Positions 24,634 to 34,410 of a DNA stretch of 64,000 nt are shown here, piece by piece. The notes beneath the pieces are model-generated. The model saw only the letters and a list, made by a program, of their open reading frames with translations, had not been told where the DNA came from and did no database searches. Position 1 is the first letter of the stretch; every line of letters starts with the position of its first letter. The DNA comes from a virus. A program made the translations under genes and the position numbers. The stretch lies in IMG/VR virus record IMGVR_UViG_3300027770_000029. One strand, 5' to 3'.

Positions 24634-24945
24634 ATGTACAGGCAAATCGAAATTTTCAGCGATCTGGTCGCCCTGCAGCTTGGGATTGTCCACCCGACAG
24701 TCGCATGCGCATCGAAGGACGATCGTCCGAAGAGCATCGACGAGGCACTCGCCTCCATGTCAGAGAGAGAAGCACGCGTCTGCAAGCGCAAGTTTCGCAA
24801 GCTCCTTCGTCAGCGCAGCAATCCCAAGTTTCGTAATCGGTGGAATCCGCGTCGGCGTCGCAGCGAGGTGATGCTCGACATTCGAGCCCGCGCGTGGTCT
24901 ATCGCTCAGGCCACGGGGAATCAGCTCACGGATAATGATGAGTAG
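24634..24945 (+). CDS. Arg-rich hypothetical protein
   Basis: AGGAGG RBS. Confidence 0.8.
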   Translation: MYRQIEIFSDLVALQLGIVHPTVACASKDDRPKSIDEALASMSEREARVCKRKFRKLLRQRSNPKFRNRWNPRRRRSEVMLDIRARAWSIAQATGNQLTDNDE

Positions 24946-25453
24946 GGCCCTTCTGCTGGCCTGTTGTTTAGGAGTTTTTCTTTGGCCATCTAAGGTTGCG
25001 GTCCCACCGCAGCCTGCTCCTAATCCATTCCCTGTAACTTCATTGTTCATTCTTGACTCAGATCAAGAAGCTGTAGCTCATCAAGTTGAGGAGCGTTTGA
25101 GAGAGCATGGATTCTCAAATGAGCTCATTATCGGAGCACTTGTCAACGCTTATGCCGAGAGTGGTCTTGATGTTTCTGTTGTTGGCAAAGCTGGTGAGCG
25201 TGGCATCTTTCAGCTCAACCCGAAAGGTCTTGGCCACAACATGACGAAGGAAGAGATGAGAGATGTGGTCACATCGGTAGATCGTATCGCAAAAGCTGTT
25301 CGAAAGAACGAGCGTGTGATGGCTCTCGAAGAAAGTGAAGGAACTGCTACTCAGCACGCTCTCGCTTTCTGCAAGGAGATCGAACGCCCGAAACACAAGG
25401 AGCGAAAAGCACGTGAGCGTGTCAAGCTCATGGAAAAAATTATGATCGATTGA
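24935..25453 (+). CDS. Secreted lysozyme-like/lytic transglycosylase (phage tail lysozyme-like)
   Basis: Signal peptide; LVNAYAESG...GIFQL; IERP. Confidence 0.7.
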   Translation: MMSRALLLACCLGVFLWPSKVAVPPQPAPNPFPVTSLFILDSDQEAVAHQVEERLREHGFSNELIIGALVNAYAESGLDVSVVGKAGERGIFQLNPKGLGHNMTKEEMRDVVTSVDRIAKAVRKNERVMALEESEGTATQHALAFCKEIERPKHKERKARERVKLMEKIMID

Positions 25454-25460
25454 TGATAGT

Positions 25461-25493
25461 GTTTGGGCTCGCTTCGGCGAGCCCAAACTGTTT
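25461..25493. terminator. Hairpin with UUCG loop (terminator-like)
   Basis: GTTTGGGCTCGC-TTCG-GCGAGCCCAAAC. Confidence 0.7.
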
Positions 25494-25524
25494 CTGGGGC
25501 ATACTTAAGGATGGAGACGAAACC

Positions 25525-25689
25525 TTGGCAACGGATGACCAAAAAATAAGGGCGCAACAGCTACTCCGGAGGGCGCTAAAGGATCTGGAGCAGGCAGCCA
25601 GGTTACTGGACCTACAGGATGCCGCGGTGCTCCAGAGGCTCCGGAGTGCATCCCGTGAGGTTAAGATTGCGGAGTCCCAGCTGCGATGA
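25525..25689 (+). CDS. Small helical hypothetical protein
   Basis: TTG start after GGAGA and ATACTTA. Confidence 0.6.
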   Translation: MATDDQKIRAQQLLRRALKDLEQAARLLDLQDAAVLQRLRSASREVKIAESQLR

Positions 25690-25988
25690 TTGAGCTTCTC
25701 AGAAAATTGATACGTGAGGAGCTTGGGCGTGACCTGAAGTCTCCTCGACCCGACCCGCTCACATGGAAAGATTACCCTGGTGTCCACGTTATGATCACTG
25801 CTGATCCGGTCGGCGGGGTCTACATCGCCCAGGTTAAAGTTGATGATGATGATTCGCTCTCGACACCATCGCGTCGTTTCAAGTCGGAGAATGATGCGAT
25901 GTTTTGGGCACGTGACAAAGCTGATCGAGCCTACAAGAGTCTGCTAAACTCTCCGGGTTTCGATCCGAACAAGCCAAAATTCAAGTAA
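25686..25988 (+). CDS. Protein with N-terminal LLRKLIREEL motif
   Basis: Motif; overlaps the upstream stop codon. Confidence 0.8.
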   Translation: MIELLRKLIREELGRDLKSPRPDPLTWKDYPGVHVMITADPVGGVYIAQVKVDDDDSLSTPSRRFKSENDAMFWARDKADRAYKSLLNSPGFDPNKPKFK

Positions 25989-26050
25989 ATCTTTCTGTTC
26001 ATACCTGCTGTGCAGTTTACAATTGACTACACACCCATGAGGACATCAGA

Positions 26051-27679
26051 ATGATTTCGTACGAGAGCTTCTTCCCGTTTGGCGCAATCCGTGACCAGCA
26101 GCGTGAGGCGATCGAGTTCGCTCTCAGCGAGTTTGAGAGCGGAAAGAGGTTCGTTATTGTCGAGGCAGGGACCGGTGTCGGCAAATCCGCCATCGGTGTC
26201 TGCATCTCTCGAGCTCTTTCGAACTGGCTTCCCCATCAGGAGGACTACAAGCGAGGGTCTTACTTCCTCACGACCCAGAAGATCCTGCAGGAGCAGTACC
26301 TTGATGACTTCGGCGGTTGCAAGGGCCCGATGACCTCGATTAAGTCGAGTTCGAACTACCAGTGCAAGTACCACAAGAAGCAGTCTTGTGGTGAGTCGCA
26401 GCGGCTTCTCAAGCTCGAGCAGGACAAGACCTCCAAGTTTTTCCGTACCTGCTCGTTCAGCTGCAATTACAAGGAAGCAAAGGGAAAGTTCATGGAATCT
26501 CCGGAGTCCATCACTAACTTCTCCTACTTCATGGCTGAAACGACCTACGCGGGCAAGCTTCTTCCCCGTGATGTTCTTGTTATCGATGAGGCTCACAACT
26601 CAGATTCCGAGCTCAGCAAGTTTATCGAGGTCTCAGTTTCTGAGAAGTTTGCCCAGACTGTTCTGAACCTCCAGATGCCGAAGACTCTCAACAGCGAGCG
26701 AGCTGCATTCGACTGGATCAAAAACGTCTACATCACGAAGCTCACCTCTCATCTAAAGCATATCGAGGCGATGTTCGAGCAGCATGCTGGTCTTCGTGAG
26801 AAGGTGAAGGAGTTCGACGCTCTATCGCGTCAGATTGAGATGCTTGACAAGCACATGTGCAAGGTGAATCGATTCATCGATCTTTTCGATGAGGACAACT
26901 GGGTCTTTAACATCACCGAGACTGAAGATCGAAAGACCCGTCGGCTCGAGTTCAAGCCCATCGATATCTCTCCGTACTCGGAGCAGTCGCTGTTCAAGTT
27001 CGGTCGAAAGGTTCTCATGCTCTCCGCCACGATCCTCAATCAGCGTGCATTCTGTGAAAGTCTCGGCATTCCACTCGAGCAGACGGCTTTCATCAGCCTT
27101 CCGTCTCCCTTCCCGGTTGAGAATCGACCCGTTCTCGTGAGCTCGATCGGTAAGATGAGTGCTGCGGAGATTGACAACACTCTTCCGAAGCTTGCCGAGG
27201 CGGTCCGGCAGATCCTCGCCGCTCACCCGAACGAGAAGGGCATCATCCACTGCCATTCTTACAAGGTGTCCAGCTACATCATGAAGAACATCAGGAGTAA
27301 GCGTCTCTTGACTCACAAGTCCGAGGATCGTGAGGATGTTCTCAACCAGCACATCAGCAGCAAGGAGCCGACGGTTCTCGTAACCCCATCGATGACTGAA
27401 GGAGTTGACCTCAAGGGAGACCTAAGTCGATTCCAGATCATCTGTAAGGTGCCGTATCCTTACCTTGGTGACAAGCTGGTCCAGAAGCGCATGCGAAAGT
27501 GGAGCTGGTGGTACCCTCTTCAGACTGCAAAGACCATCATCCAATCACTCGGTCGTTCAATCCGCTCTGCAGATGATCATGCAATCTCCTATATCTTGGA
27601 CTCTGATTGGGATAGATTTTACGGACAGCAGCGGGACATGTTTCCTGAGTCGTTCCGCGAGTCTATTCACAAAACTTAG
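26051..27679 (+). CDS. DinG/Rad3-family SF2 helicase
   Basis: EAGTGVGKS, IDEAH, MLSAT, EGVDL, QSLGRSIR; Cys cluster. Confidence 0.92.
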   Translation: MISYESFFPFGAIRDQQREAIEFALSEFESGKRFVIVEAGTGVGKSAIGVCISRALSNWLPHQEDYKRGSYFLTTQKILQEQYLDDFGGCKGPMTSIKSSSNYQCKYHKKQSCGESQRLLKLEQDKTSKFFRTCSFSCNYKEAKGKFMESPESITNFSYFMAETTYAGKLLPRDVLVIDEAHNSDSELSKFIEVSVSEKFAQTVLNLQMPKTLNSERAAFDWIKNVYITKLTSHLKHIEAMFEQHAGLREKVKEFDALSRQIEMLDKHMCKVNRFIDLFDEDNWVFNITETEDRKTRRLEFKPIDISPYSEQSLFKFGRKVLMLSATILNQRAFCESLGIPLEQTAFISLPSPFPVENRPVLVSSIGKMSAAEIDNTLPKLAEAVRQILAAHPNEKGIIHCHSYKVSSYIMKNIRSKRLLTHKSEDREDVLNQHISSKEPTVLVTPSMTEGVDLKGDLSRFQIICKVPYPYLGDKLVQKRMRKWSWWYPLQTAKTIIQSLGRSIRSADDHAISYILDSDWDRFYGQQRDMFPESFRESIHKT

Positions 27680-27687
27680 GAGATACT

Positions 27688-28179
27688 TTGTCAGAGATTC
27701 TTGATTCAGTCGATGATCTTCGCATTCTTGCAGACATAAAGAGCGAGCGACTCATCGTCACATCAGGTGGATTTGATCCGATGCACGTCGGTCATTTACG
27801 TTGCTTAATAGAGTCTGCTAGTCTTGCGCAGAAGATCGGTGGAAGGACCAAACTAGCCGTCATCGTCAATGGTGACGGCTTTCTTCTGCGCAAGAAAGGA
27901 TACGCATTCATGCCAGCATCCGAAAGGATGGAGATCATCGCAGGTGTGAAGGGGGTCGATTACGTTGTTCCATGGGACGATGGAAGTCAGACTGTCACGG
28001 GTGCCCTGGCTATTTTGAAACCCTTCGCATTCACAAAAGGGGGAGACAGGGACGCAGCCTCGAACGTTCCCGAGTTTGACCTTTGCGAGCAAATGGGAAC
28101 TCAAGTGATTTTCAATGTTGGAGGAGGAAAAGTTCAATCGTCTTCCACACTCGTTGATGCGCTTAAGTCCAAGTCGTGA
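27688..28179 (+). CDS. Cytidylyltransferase-like (HIGH-motif) protein
   Basis: GGFDPMHVGH, RKKG, KGGDR, SSS. Confidence 0.88.
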   Translation: MSEILDSVDDLRILADIKSERLIVTSGGFDPMHVGHLRCLIESASLAQKIGGRTKLAVIVNGDGFLLRKKGYAFMPASERMEIIAGVKGVDYVVPWDDGSQTVTGALAILKPFAFTKGGDRDAASNVPEFDLCEQMGTQVIFNVGGGKVQSSSTLVDALKSKS

Positions 28180-28191
28180 TATTTAAGATGC

Positions 28192-28665
28192 ATGAAAACA
28201 TCGCAGCTTGTCAAAAGCCTAATGTCCAAACTGGAAGACGGGGTTGAGATCAATAAGACCTCGAATTTTTCTATTTTTATTGACAAGGGCCTTAAGATTG
28301 AAAAGAAGGACCAGAAAATCATTAGAGATTTTCTGTCTCTTTGCGTCGACTCTTTAGAACTTGAGGGAGAGTATAAATGCTTTCTCAGCGCAAATAGGAA
28401 GAGATCGCACATCGTAACAACTGCAATTTGCTCATTCAGCGAAAATAGAATCAAGATCTACTGTCATGGGAGATCTTTGGCTGATATGCTAAGATCTATC
28501 GCTCATGAGGTTTTTCATCTCAGACAGCACGAATTAGGTCTTGTCCCTGAAAAAATAACGAAACCTCACCACCTTAGTCCGATAGAATGGCAAGCTAACA
28601 TTGCCGGTGGTTCATTGCTCAGCTACTTTGCGCAGAAAGTTGGTAAGGATAAAATTTACCGTTAA
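28192..28665 (+). CDS. HExxH metallopeptidase-like protein
   Basis: RSIAHEVFH...EWQAN. Confidence 0.75.
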   Translation: MKTSQLVKSLMSKLEDGVEINKTSNFSIFIDKGLKIEKKDQKIIRDFLSLCVDSLELEGEYKCFLSANRKRSHIVTTAICSFSENRIKIYCHGRSLADMLRSIAHEVFHLRQHELGLVPEKITKPHHLSPIEWQANIAGGSLLSYFAQKVGKDKIYR

Positions 28666-28726
28666 GTTCCCTGCATCTGAACTTGTTCGGAAGTTGTTTA
28701 TAAGATCTATTTAACTTTAGGTCATT

Positions 28727-29158
28727 ATGAAAGCGAAAAAACAAAAAGAAAGATCAGCTGGTTTCGTAATTGTTCGAAGAAACGGTACAACGTGGGAAGT
28801 ACTCGGTCTCAGAGTGTGGGGAAAGATTGATATCCCAAAAGGACACGTTGAGGTTGGAGAAAGTGATATTGATGCTGCAGTGAGAGAGTGCAGAGAAGAA
28901 GCTGGTATCAATGTTTCTTCATCTGACATGCTGTGGGGGAACCATTATTTCGTTTCCGAACGCCCTCACAAAGATGTTATCGTCTACATCGCATCTACGG
29001 ATCAGGAGCCGGAGATACTCATGAATCCCGAAACAAAGCAGTACGAGCACGATGGCTATCATTGGCTCACTTGGGACGAAATGAGAAGAAGATGCTATCC
29101 TTATCTTCTGGGAGCTATCGACTGGGCAGAGTCGACCGTTAAGAATAGATCAACATAA
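28727..29158 (+). CDS. NUDIX hydrolase (Ap4A-hydrolase-like)
   Basis: PKGHVEVGESDIDAAVRECREEAG Nudix box. Confidence 0.92.
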   Translation: MKAKKQKERSAGFVIVRRNGTTWEVLGLRVWGKIDIPKGHVEVGESDIDAAVRECREEAGINVSSSDMLWGNHYFVSERPHKDVIVYIASTDQEPEILMNPETKQYEHDGYHWLTWDEMRRRCYPYLLGAIDWAESTVKNRST

Positions 29159-29189
29159 CGTTCACCATCGTTTATCTCTTAACCATCGA

Positions 29190-30422
29190 ATGAGTACAAT
29201 TCAAACGATGAAGCGCAGACTCACAAAAAATCCCGAAAACAGCCAAAAGCTCTGGAGATCTTTTGCTTCTGATCTTCTTAGAAAGTTAAAAGAAAGAAGT
29301 ATTTTCGTAAATCTTGGAGATTCTTCAATCTCTCTTTGCGAATGTGAGAGTATTAGAGCTATTTCAGAAACTGTTCCTGAGTCTCCCACCAGGAACCTCC
29401 TTCTAAAATGCTTGCTTGACGCTGAGCAGCAAAGCGCTGGTGGTTCTTTTGTTGCTCTTTCTGAGATCGCTAGATCAAAAAACTTAGATCTGGACTTTGG
29501 TCATAGGTTCAGTGTGGATGATCTTAGGAAGAGTCTGCTGTCTCTATCTGACCAAATAGTCTCTGACATTGTGGTTGATTCAATTTCGATAGCTGGGAGA
29601 AACGGAAAGATCGTCTTAGACTCTAGTGACGTTCAAAAGACAGAGATCACCTACGGAACGCAATCATGTCGATGGCATCCACCGTCAGATTTTTTTGCAG
29701 CTGCGGGTCAATCTAAAATTGCAGTCCAGAATTGCAAAATAGTCTTTATCGATGGAATCATTGAAAGCGTCTCAGAGTGTCATAGGATATTTCAAGACTC
29801 TTACGACAAAAAAATTCCCGTTGTTATCTTCGCAAGAGGATTTAACGAAGAGGTCATCGCGACCTCAGCCGTCAACATCAAGAGACAGACGGCACGAGTG
29901 GTTCCTGTGGTGATTCCATTCGATGAAGTTGGAGTGAATGGGATGGCAGATCTTGCGAATTGCTTTGGCGCGGAACCTGTATCGGCGGACAAAGGACAGC
30001 TTATCTCATCGGTTGATCTAGATTCCTGCGTTGCTGCTGATCAAATTGTCTGTAACTTGTCATCTACTGAGATTGAGTTTAAAGAGAATAGAGTTTCTAA
30101 CGTTGTTTCTAGATTAGCATCAAAATTATCAAGCTGCGATCAAGATCAGTCAGATCTCATCCGGCGTCGTCTTGGCGCACTTGGTTCTGGTCTCGTAACA
30201 ATAAAGATCGGTGCTGACAAGAAGTCACTTTCCGGTATTCAAAGAGATCGTGTTGATTTTGGACTTCGATACGCAAAATCGTGCATGTCTTCCGGCGTAG
30301 TTAATTACTCCGGCACGCTTCTTCCATTCTCAGCTTTAAAAGCTGGAACATCGAGCTCTAAATCTTTCATTTCTATTCTGACCAAGTGTAGCACCATTTT
30401 GGAGGTTGACAAATGTGGTTAG
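29190..30422 (+). CDS. Divergent, shortened cpn60/GroEL-like chaperonin
   Basis: IAGRNGKIV, IVFIDG, VIFARGF, ADLA, RRRLGALGSGLVTIKIGA. Confidence 0.65.
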   Translation: MSTIQTMKRRLTKNPENSQKLWRSFASDLLRKLKERSIFVNLGDSSISLCECESIRAISETVPESPTRNLLLKCLLDAEQQSAGGSFVALSEIARSKNLDLDFGHRFSVDDLRKSLLSLSDQIVSDIVVDSISIAGRNGKIVLDSSDVQKTEITYGTQSCRWHPPSDFFAAAGQSKIAVQNCKIVFIDGIIESVSECHRIFQDSYDKKIPVVIFARGFNEEVIATSAVNIKRQTARVVPVVIPFDEVGVNGMADLANCFGAEPVSADKGQLISSVDLDSCVAADQIVCNLSSTEIEFKENRVSNVVSRLASKLSSCDQDQSDLIRRRLGALGSGLVTIKIGADKKSLSGIQRDRVDFGLRYAKSCMSSGVVNYSGTLLPFSALKAGTSSSKSFISILTKCSTILEVDKCG

Positions 30423-30856
30423 ACCCGAGCGGAAATCAAAACGATTTCTCACAGATAATTTCTCAAATTGACAACGAGTGCCAGGTGTTTGTGGGATCGG
30501 ATTCCCAGCTTTCGTCAGGTTCTTGGGTCTTTGCCTCGGTCATTTGTCTCTACTGGCCCGGACGGGGCGGTAAGTATTTCTTCAAAAGAGACAAAAGAGT
30601 TAGATCAACTTACGCGTGTCTTGAGGACAGGCTCCTGTCTGAAGTTCACAGCTCAGTTACTGTAGCCGATCAGATAAGAAAGATGAATCCTAATCTTCAA
30701 ATACACGTTCACGCTGATATCGCGTCGAATCCCAAGAACAAGTCTAATCGGGTCGCAAAAATAGCTCAGAATTACATTTCTGGTATGGGATTCTCTCCGA
30801 CAATCAAGCCAGACGCTTGGGCTGCTGCAACAATAGCTGACAGACTCACAAAATAA
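30413..30856 (+). CDS. RNase H-like protein (YkuK/DUF458 type)
   Basis: VFVGSDSQ, IHVHADI, PDAWAAATIAD. Confidence 0.85.
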   Translation: MWLDPSGNQNDFSQIISQIDNECQVFVGSDSQLSSGSWVFASVICLYWPGRGGKYFFKRDKRVRSTYACLEDRLLSEVHSSVTVADQIRKMNPNLQIHVHADIASNPKNKSNRVAKIAQNYISGMGFSPTIKPDAWAAATIADRLTK

Positions 30857-30903
30857 CCTTTACTTTTTTGAGCTTTATTGTGAATTTTAATGGAGAGGAA
30901 AAA

Positions 30904-31158
30904 ATGAGTCTTGAATCTGATGTCGGTAGAGTAACGCATGACGTTCTCGGTGCAATTTCTGATAACGTAACGGCTAACTTGACCTTGGTCCTAAAGAACG
31001 AGATGAAGCTTTCGGACGATCAGGTTGTTCGTGCGACAAGCATCGTAAAGTCAACGATTGAGAGTGTGGGGTACAACGGCGTTAATCAGTACATCTCGCT
31101 TTTCAAAGAAATTCAGAAAGAGTCTGATGCTCCCAAGAAGAACAAGCTCTTCGGGTGA
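30904..31158 (+). CDS. Hypothetical protein
   Basis: ATG after GAGG. Confidence 0.75.
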   Translation: MSLESDVGRVTHDVLGAISDNVTANLTLVLKNEMKLSDDQVVRATSIVKSTIESVGYNGVNQYISLFKEIQKESDAPKKNKLFG

Positions 31159-31161
31159 AAC

Positions 31162-31605
31162 TTGCAAGGGATCAAGCACTTAATTCAATGTCATTGCATT
31201 CTTCCACAGTTTAAGAATGCTGCTGATCCCGTATTTCATAAGTTTGCAGTTTTTTCTGTGATTGATGATTCTGACACTGTCCAACCGAAATTTGCTCAAT
31301 GCAATAACTGTGGTGTCATTCATAAAATCACAGATATCTGTAAATCAGAGTTGACCTCAAAAGAAGATGCAAAATCTCTTCCGAATATTGAAGACATAAA
31401 ATTTTCAATATCTCAAGATCTTATCAGAGTCTTAGAATCTTACCAATGTGACATTGCTACATGGGAGCAGGCCGAGTGGATTTATCTCACTAAATCTTGG
31501 GATCAGTGGATAACACTAGCTAAAGAGGAAGACGAGGTGGGTGACCTGCACGGTAAGAGATTAATTTTTGTAGATGACGGAAAGTTCAGGATAGAGGCGT
31601 TCTAA
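31162..31605 (+). CDS. Hypothetical protein with CHC and CNNC motifs
   Basis: ORF in operon context. Confidence 0.8.
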   Translation: MQGIKHLIQCHCILPQFKNAADPVFHKFAVFSVIDDSDTVQPKFAQCNNCGVIHKITDICKSELTSKEDAKSLPNIEDIKFSISQDLIRVLESYQCDIATWEQAEWIYLTKSWDQWITLAKEEDEVGDLHGKRLIFVDDGKFRIEAF

Positions 31606-31841
31606 TGACTGAGAAAGTTGGACAAACAGAGACTGAGAAGTGGGCGCAGGAAACTCTAAAATCAAGACAAATTGTCTCTGAAATATTGAAGTTTGGCGTA
31701 AATCAGCGTCAAATTCTAAATATCATTAAGCTTTTGGCAATGGAGCTGGAAGACAGAGAAGCCCTAATGGTCATCTCTACAGTTGCCAAAGAAGCGCTCG
31801 AAGGAGCGCAAGTTTCTTCAAACATCATAACAACGGAGTAA
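31605..31841 (+). CDS. Hypothetical protein
   Basis: Stop/start overlap with the upstream gene. Confidence 0.8.
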   Translation: MTEKVGQTETEKWAQETLKSRQIVSEILKFGVNQRQILNIIKLLAMELEDREALMVISTVAKEALEGAQVSSNIITTE

Positions 31842-31844
31842 AAA

Positions 31845-32048
31845 ATGGCAAATGAAGCAATCGCTGAGACTTGGAATCGTGTTAAGACCCTAATCGAGTC
31901 GATGGATCTTGACATCCAGAAGAATGCAGGCGGAAACGCGTCTGCTGGTGTTCGTGCTCGTCGTGGACTCAGACTTCTGAAGAAAGAAGCTGCGACTCTT
32001 ATCAAGTCCATGGTCGAGGTTGAGAAGAGCAGGAAGGCTGCAGAGTAA
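31845..32048 (+). CDS. Histone H1-like protein, Hc1 N-terminal type
   Basis: GNASAGVRARRGLRLLKK motif. Confidence 0.8.
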   Translation: MANEAIAETWNRVKTLIESMDLDIQKNAGGNASAGVRARRGLRLLKKEAATLIKSMVEVEKSRKAAE

Positions 32049-32049
32049 C

Positions 32050-32397
32050 ATGCCAGCATCTCTCTATCGACTTGCTGGAAAGCCGCATTTTGCTGAGGTT
32101 TCGACCGACGACCAGGCAACTCAAGAAATTGTTGAAGCCCCCGTGGAGCAAGCTCCTATAGAGATCAAAGAGCTTGTAACCGAGGTGGTAGAAAGCGTTC
32201 CGGTTCAGACCGATACGACCCCCGCACCTGAGCCGATCGACGCAAACGTTGTTGAGACTGCTCCTGTTGTGTCTTGGGATCCGACTTGGACCAAAGCGCA
32301 GTTGACCGAAGCGGCAGTTTCGATGGGTCTTACCGTCTCTCCCACAAGCACAAAGGCTGATATCATCGCTCTTTTGACAGCTGCAAGCAAGTCTTAA
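32050..32397 (+). CDS. Acidic protein with C-terminal HeH/Rho-N-like motif
   Basis: WTKAQLTEAA...STKADIIALL. Confidence 0.75.
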   Translation: MPASLYRLAGKPHFAEVSTDDQATQEIVEAPVEQAPIEIKELVTEVVESVPVQTDTTPAPEPIDANVVETAPVVSWDPTWTKAQLTEAAVSMGLTVSPTSTKADIIALLTAASKS

Positions 32398-32414
32398 TCG
32401 CGAAATTATAGGCG

Positions 32415-32454
32415 AGGCCTCACTCCACAGATATCTTCTGGAGTGAGGCCTTTT
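32415..32454. terminator. Hairpin between convergent genes
   Basis: AGGCCTCACTCCA/TGGAGTGAGGCCT followed by TTT. Confidence 0.75.
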
Positions 32455-32674
32455 CTAGTTGACAGACTCTCATTCTCGTGATGTTGAATATATCTCCAAT
32501 CTGCTGAAGAGTCATACCTTCATCATTCTGGGATGCAGCGATGATCGCGCAGTTCATGTGACAGGATGAATTCATCCACTGCCTGCATCCCTTCTTCTGA
32601 CATTGCGCTCCACGCTTTTCATGCTCAGCAAAGCAAGTGGTGCCAATCACGGTATCTGTCAATTTGTTCTCCAT
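32420..32674 (-). CDS. Small Cys-rich protein with sigma-70 region 4 HTH
   Basis: MTLQQIGDIFNITRMRVCQLEKASLQKI. Confidence 0.85.
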   Translation of the reverse strand: MENKLTDTVIGTTCFAEHEKRGAQCQKKGCRQWMNSSCHMNCAIIAASQNDEGMTLQQIGDIFNITRMRVCQLEKASLQKISVE

Positions 32675-32746
32675 TTGATGTTACCTTTGTCTCTTAGATG
32701 ATATCTTTACTTGAGAGGCGAGTATTTTCAACCTCGATAGGAAAAG

Positions 32747-34054
32747 TTGAGTACCAGAAAGATTCTTGTAGTTGATACGTCGGTTCTCCTTCATGACATG
32801 CAGAGCATTCACTCATTTCCCGGAAATGATGTGATTCTTCCGTTAGTGGTGCTTGAGGAGTTGGATCGATTCAAGGAGCGTCAAGACCTACTCGGATCGT
32901 CAGCTCGATACGTGAACAGGTACCTCGATCAGCTCCGTCAGCAGGGAGGTCACCTTCACGATGGTGTCCAGGTGCCGGGGGACCAGACCATTCGGGTTGA
33001 GAATGAGATGAGCCCTATGGGCATCCAGATGCCCTCTGGCCTCGATTCATCCAAAGGTGATAACCAACTTGTTATCGTGGCCCTGGGCCTAAAGCAGAGA
33101 CACCCAGGGGTGCCTGTGAAGGTCGTAACGAAGGACATTAACCTTAGAGTGAAGTGCGACGCGCTGGGTCTTATCGCGGAGGATTACTTCCGCGATCACA
33201 TCAGGAGTGTGAAGGAAGGTCGCCAGATGTACTCAGGTCAGGAGACGATTGAGCTCGCTGATCGTGACATTGATACCTTCTACTCCAGGAAGGAGCTTGA
33301 GGTCGAGGAATGGATGCCTGAGCTCTTTCCGAATCAGTTTGTGTACGCTGTCTCCGATCTTGATCCAAAGAAGTCTTTTCTTGCAATCCATAAGAACGGA
33401 AAGCTTCTGCCCTTAAACTACAAGTGCAACAGCATCAATGCTAGGAGCAAAGAGCAAAAGTTTGCTCTTCACGCTCTGCTTGATCCAGAGATTCCCCTCG
33501 TCTCTCTTTCAGGTCTTGCTGGATCCGGTAAGACTTTCCTTACTCTCGCAGCTGGAATGCAGGGTTTCAGTGAGAAGACGTACAAGCGTATCATCATCAC
33601 AAGATCAATTGAGCCCGTCGGTAAGGAGCTTGGCTTCCTACCCGGTGATATCAACGACAAGATGGCTCCGTGGCTATCTCCGATTGTCGACAACTTCAGG
33701 CAAGCGTTTGGAGAATCAACATTCTTTGAGATGATGAGAGCCCGAGGTGATATTGACGTTGCTCCGCTCTCTTTCATTCGTGGTCGAACATTCGCTGATG
33801 CTTTCATCATTGTTGATGAGGCTCAGAACACGACAATTCATGAGTTGAAGACGATCATCACGAGAACTGGTAAGAACAGCAAGATCGTTCTCCTTGGAGA
33901 CACTGATCAGATTGACACTCCTTACATTGACAGCTACTCTAACGGTTTGACTATTTCTGTTGAAAAGCTAAAGACTTCTCATCTCACAAGTCATATTACT
34001 CTTGAGAGAGGAGAACGGTCGGAACTCGCGACTCTCGCAGGTCAGATGCTCTAG
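32747..34054 (+). CDS. phoH: PhoH-family ATPase with N-terminal PIN domain
   Basis: VVDTSV PIN; GLAGSGKT; RGRT; DEAQN; GDTDQ. Confidence 0.95.
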   Translation: MSTRKILVVDTSVLLHDMQSIHSFPGNDVILPLVVLEELDRFKERQDLLGSSARYVNRYLDQLRQQGGHLHDGVQVPGDQTIRVENEMSPMGIQMPSGLDSSKGDNQLVIVALGLKQRHPGVPVKVVTKDINLRVKCDALGLIAEDYFRDHIRSVKEGRQMYSGQETIELADRDIDTFYSRKELEVEEWMPELFPNQFVYAVSDLDPKKSFLAIHKNGKLLPLNYKCNSINARSKEQKFALHALLDPEIPLVSLSGLAGSGKTFLTLAAGMQGFSEKTYKRIIITRSIEPVGKELGFLPGDINDKMAPWLSPIVDNFRQAFGESTFFEMMRARGDIDVAPLSFIRGRTFADAFIIVDEAQNTTIHELKTIITRTGKNSKIVLLGDTDQIDTPYIDSYSNGLTISVEKLKTSHLTSHITLERGERSELATLAGQML

Positions 34055-34083
34055 CTCAGAATACTTAGTGCTGGAGGCGGGCT

Positions 34084-34410
34084 GTGCCGACGAGGATCGA
34101 TCTACAACGCTACAAAAAGACGTATCCATTCCTGCGTCGTGAACCCAGAAATTACTTCCTGACGGAGTCTGACTTGGCTAATGTGAATATAGACGCTGCA
34201 ATCGCTACTTTTGGCGGTAGCGATGAGCTTACGTATAGCTTTCCTACTGGCAAGTTTTCTCTTCCACCGAAAGTTACTGTTACTCCAAAAGGAGCAACTG
34301 CGAACTTCAGCGTGTATATCGTAAGTATTTCGGCTTCAAGCGTCACTTTAAAAGCTTCCACTCCGACTAGCGATTCTGTCCATATCCATGCGATTGAGGT
34401 TCTAAGTTAA
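34084..34410 (+). CDS. Small virion-type beta protein (gp53/H-lectin-like)
   Basis: ATACTTA and GGAGG upstream; PKVTVT..SVYIVS pattern. Confidence 0.7.
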   Translation: MPTRIDLQRYKKTYPFLRREPRNYFLTESDLANVNIDAAIATFGGSDELTYSFPTGKFSLPPKVTVTPKGATANFSVYIVSISASSVTLKASTPTSDSVHIHAIEVLS

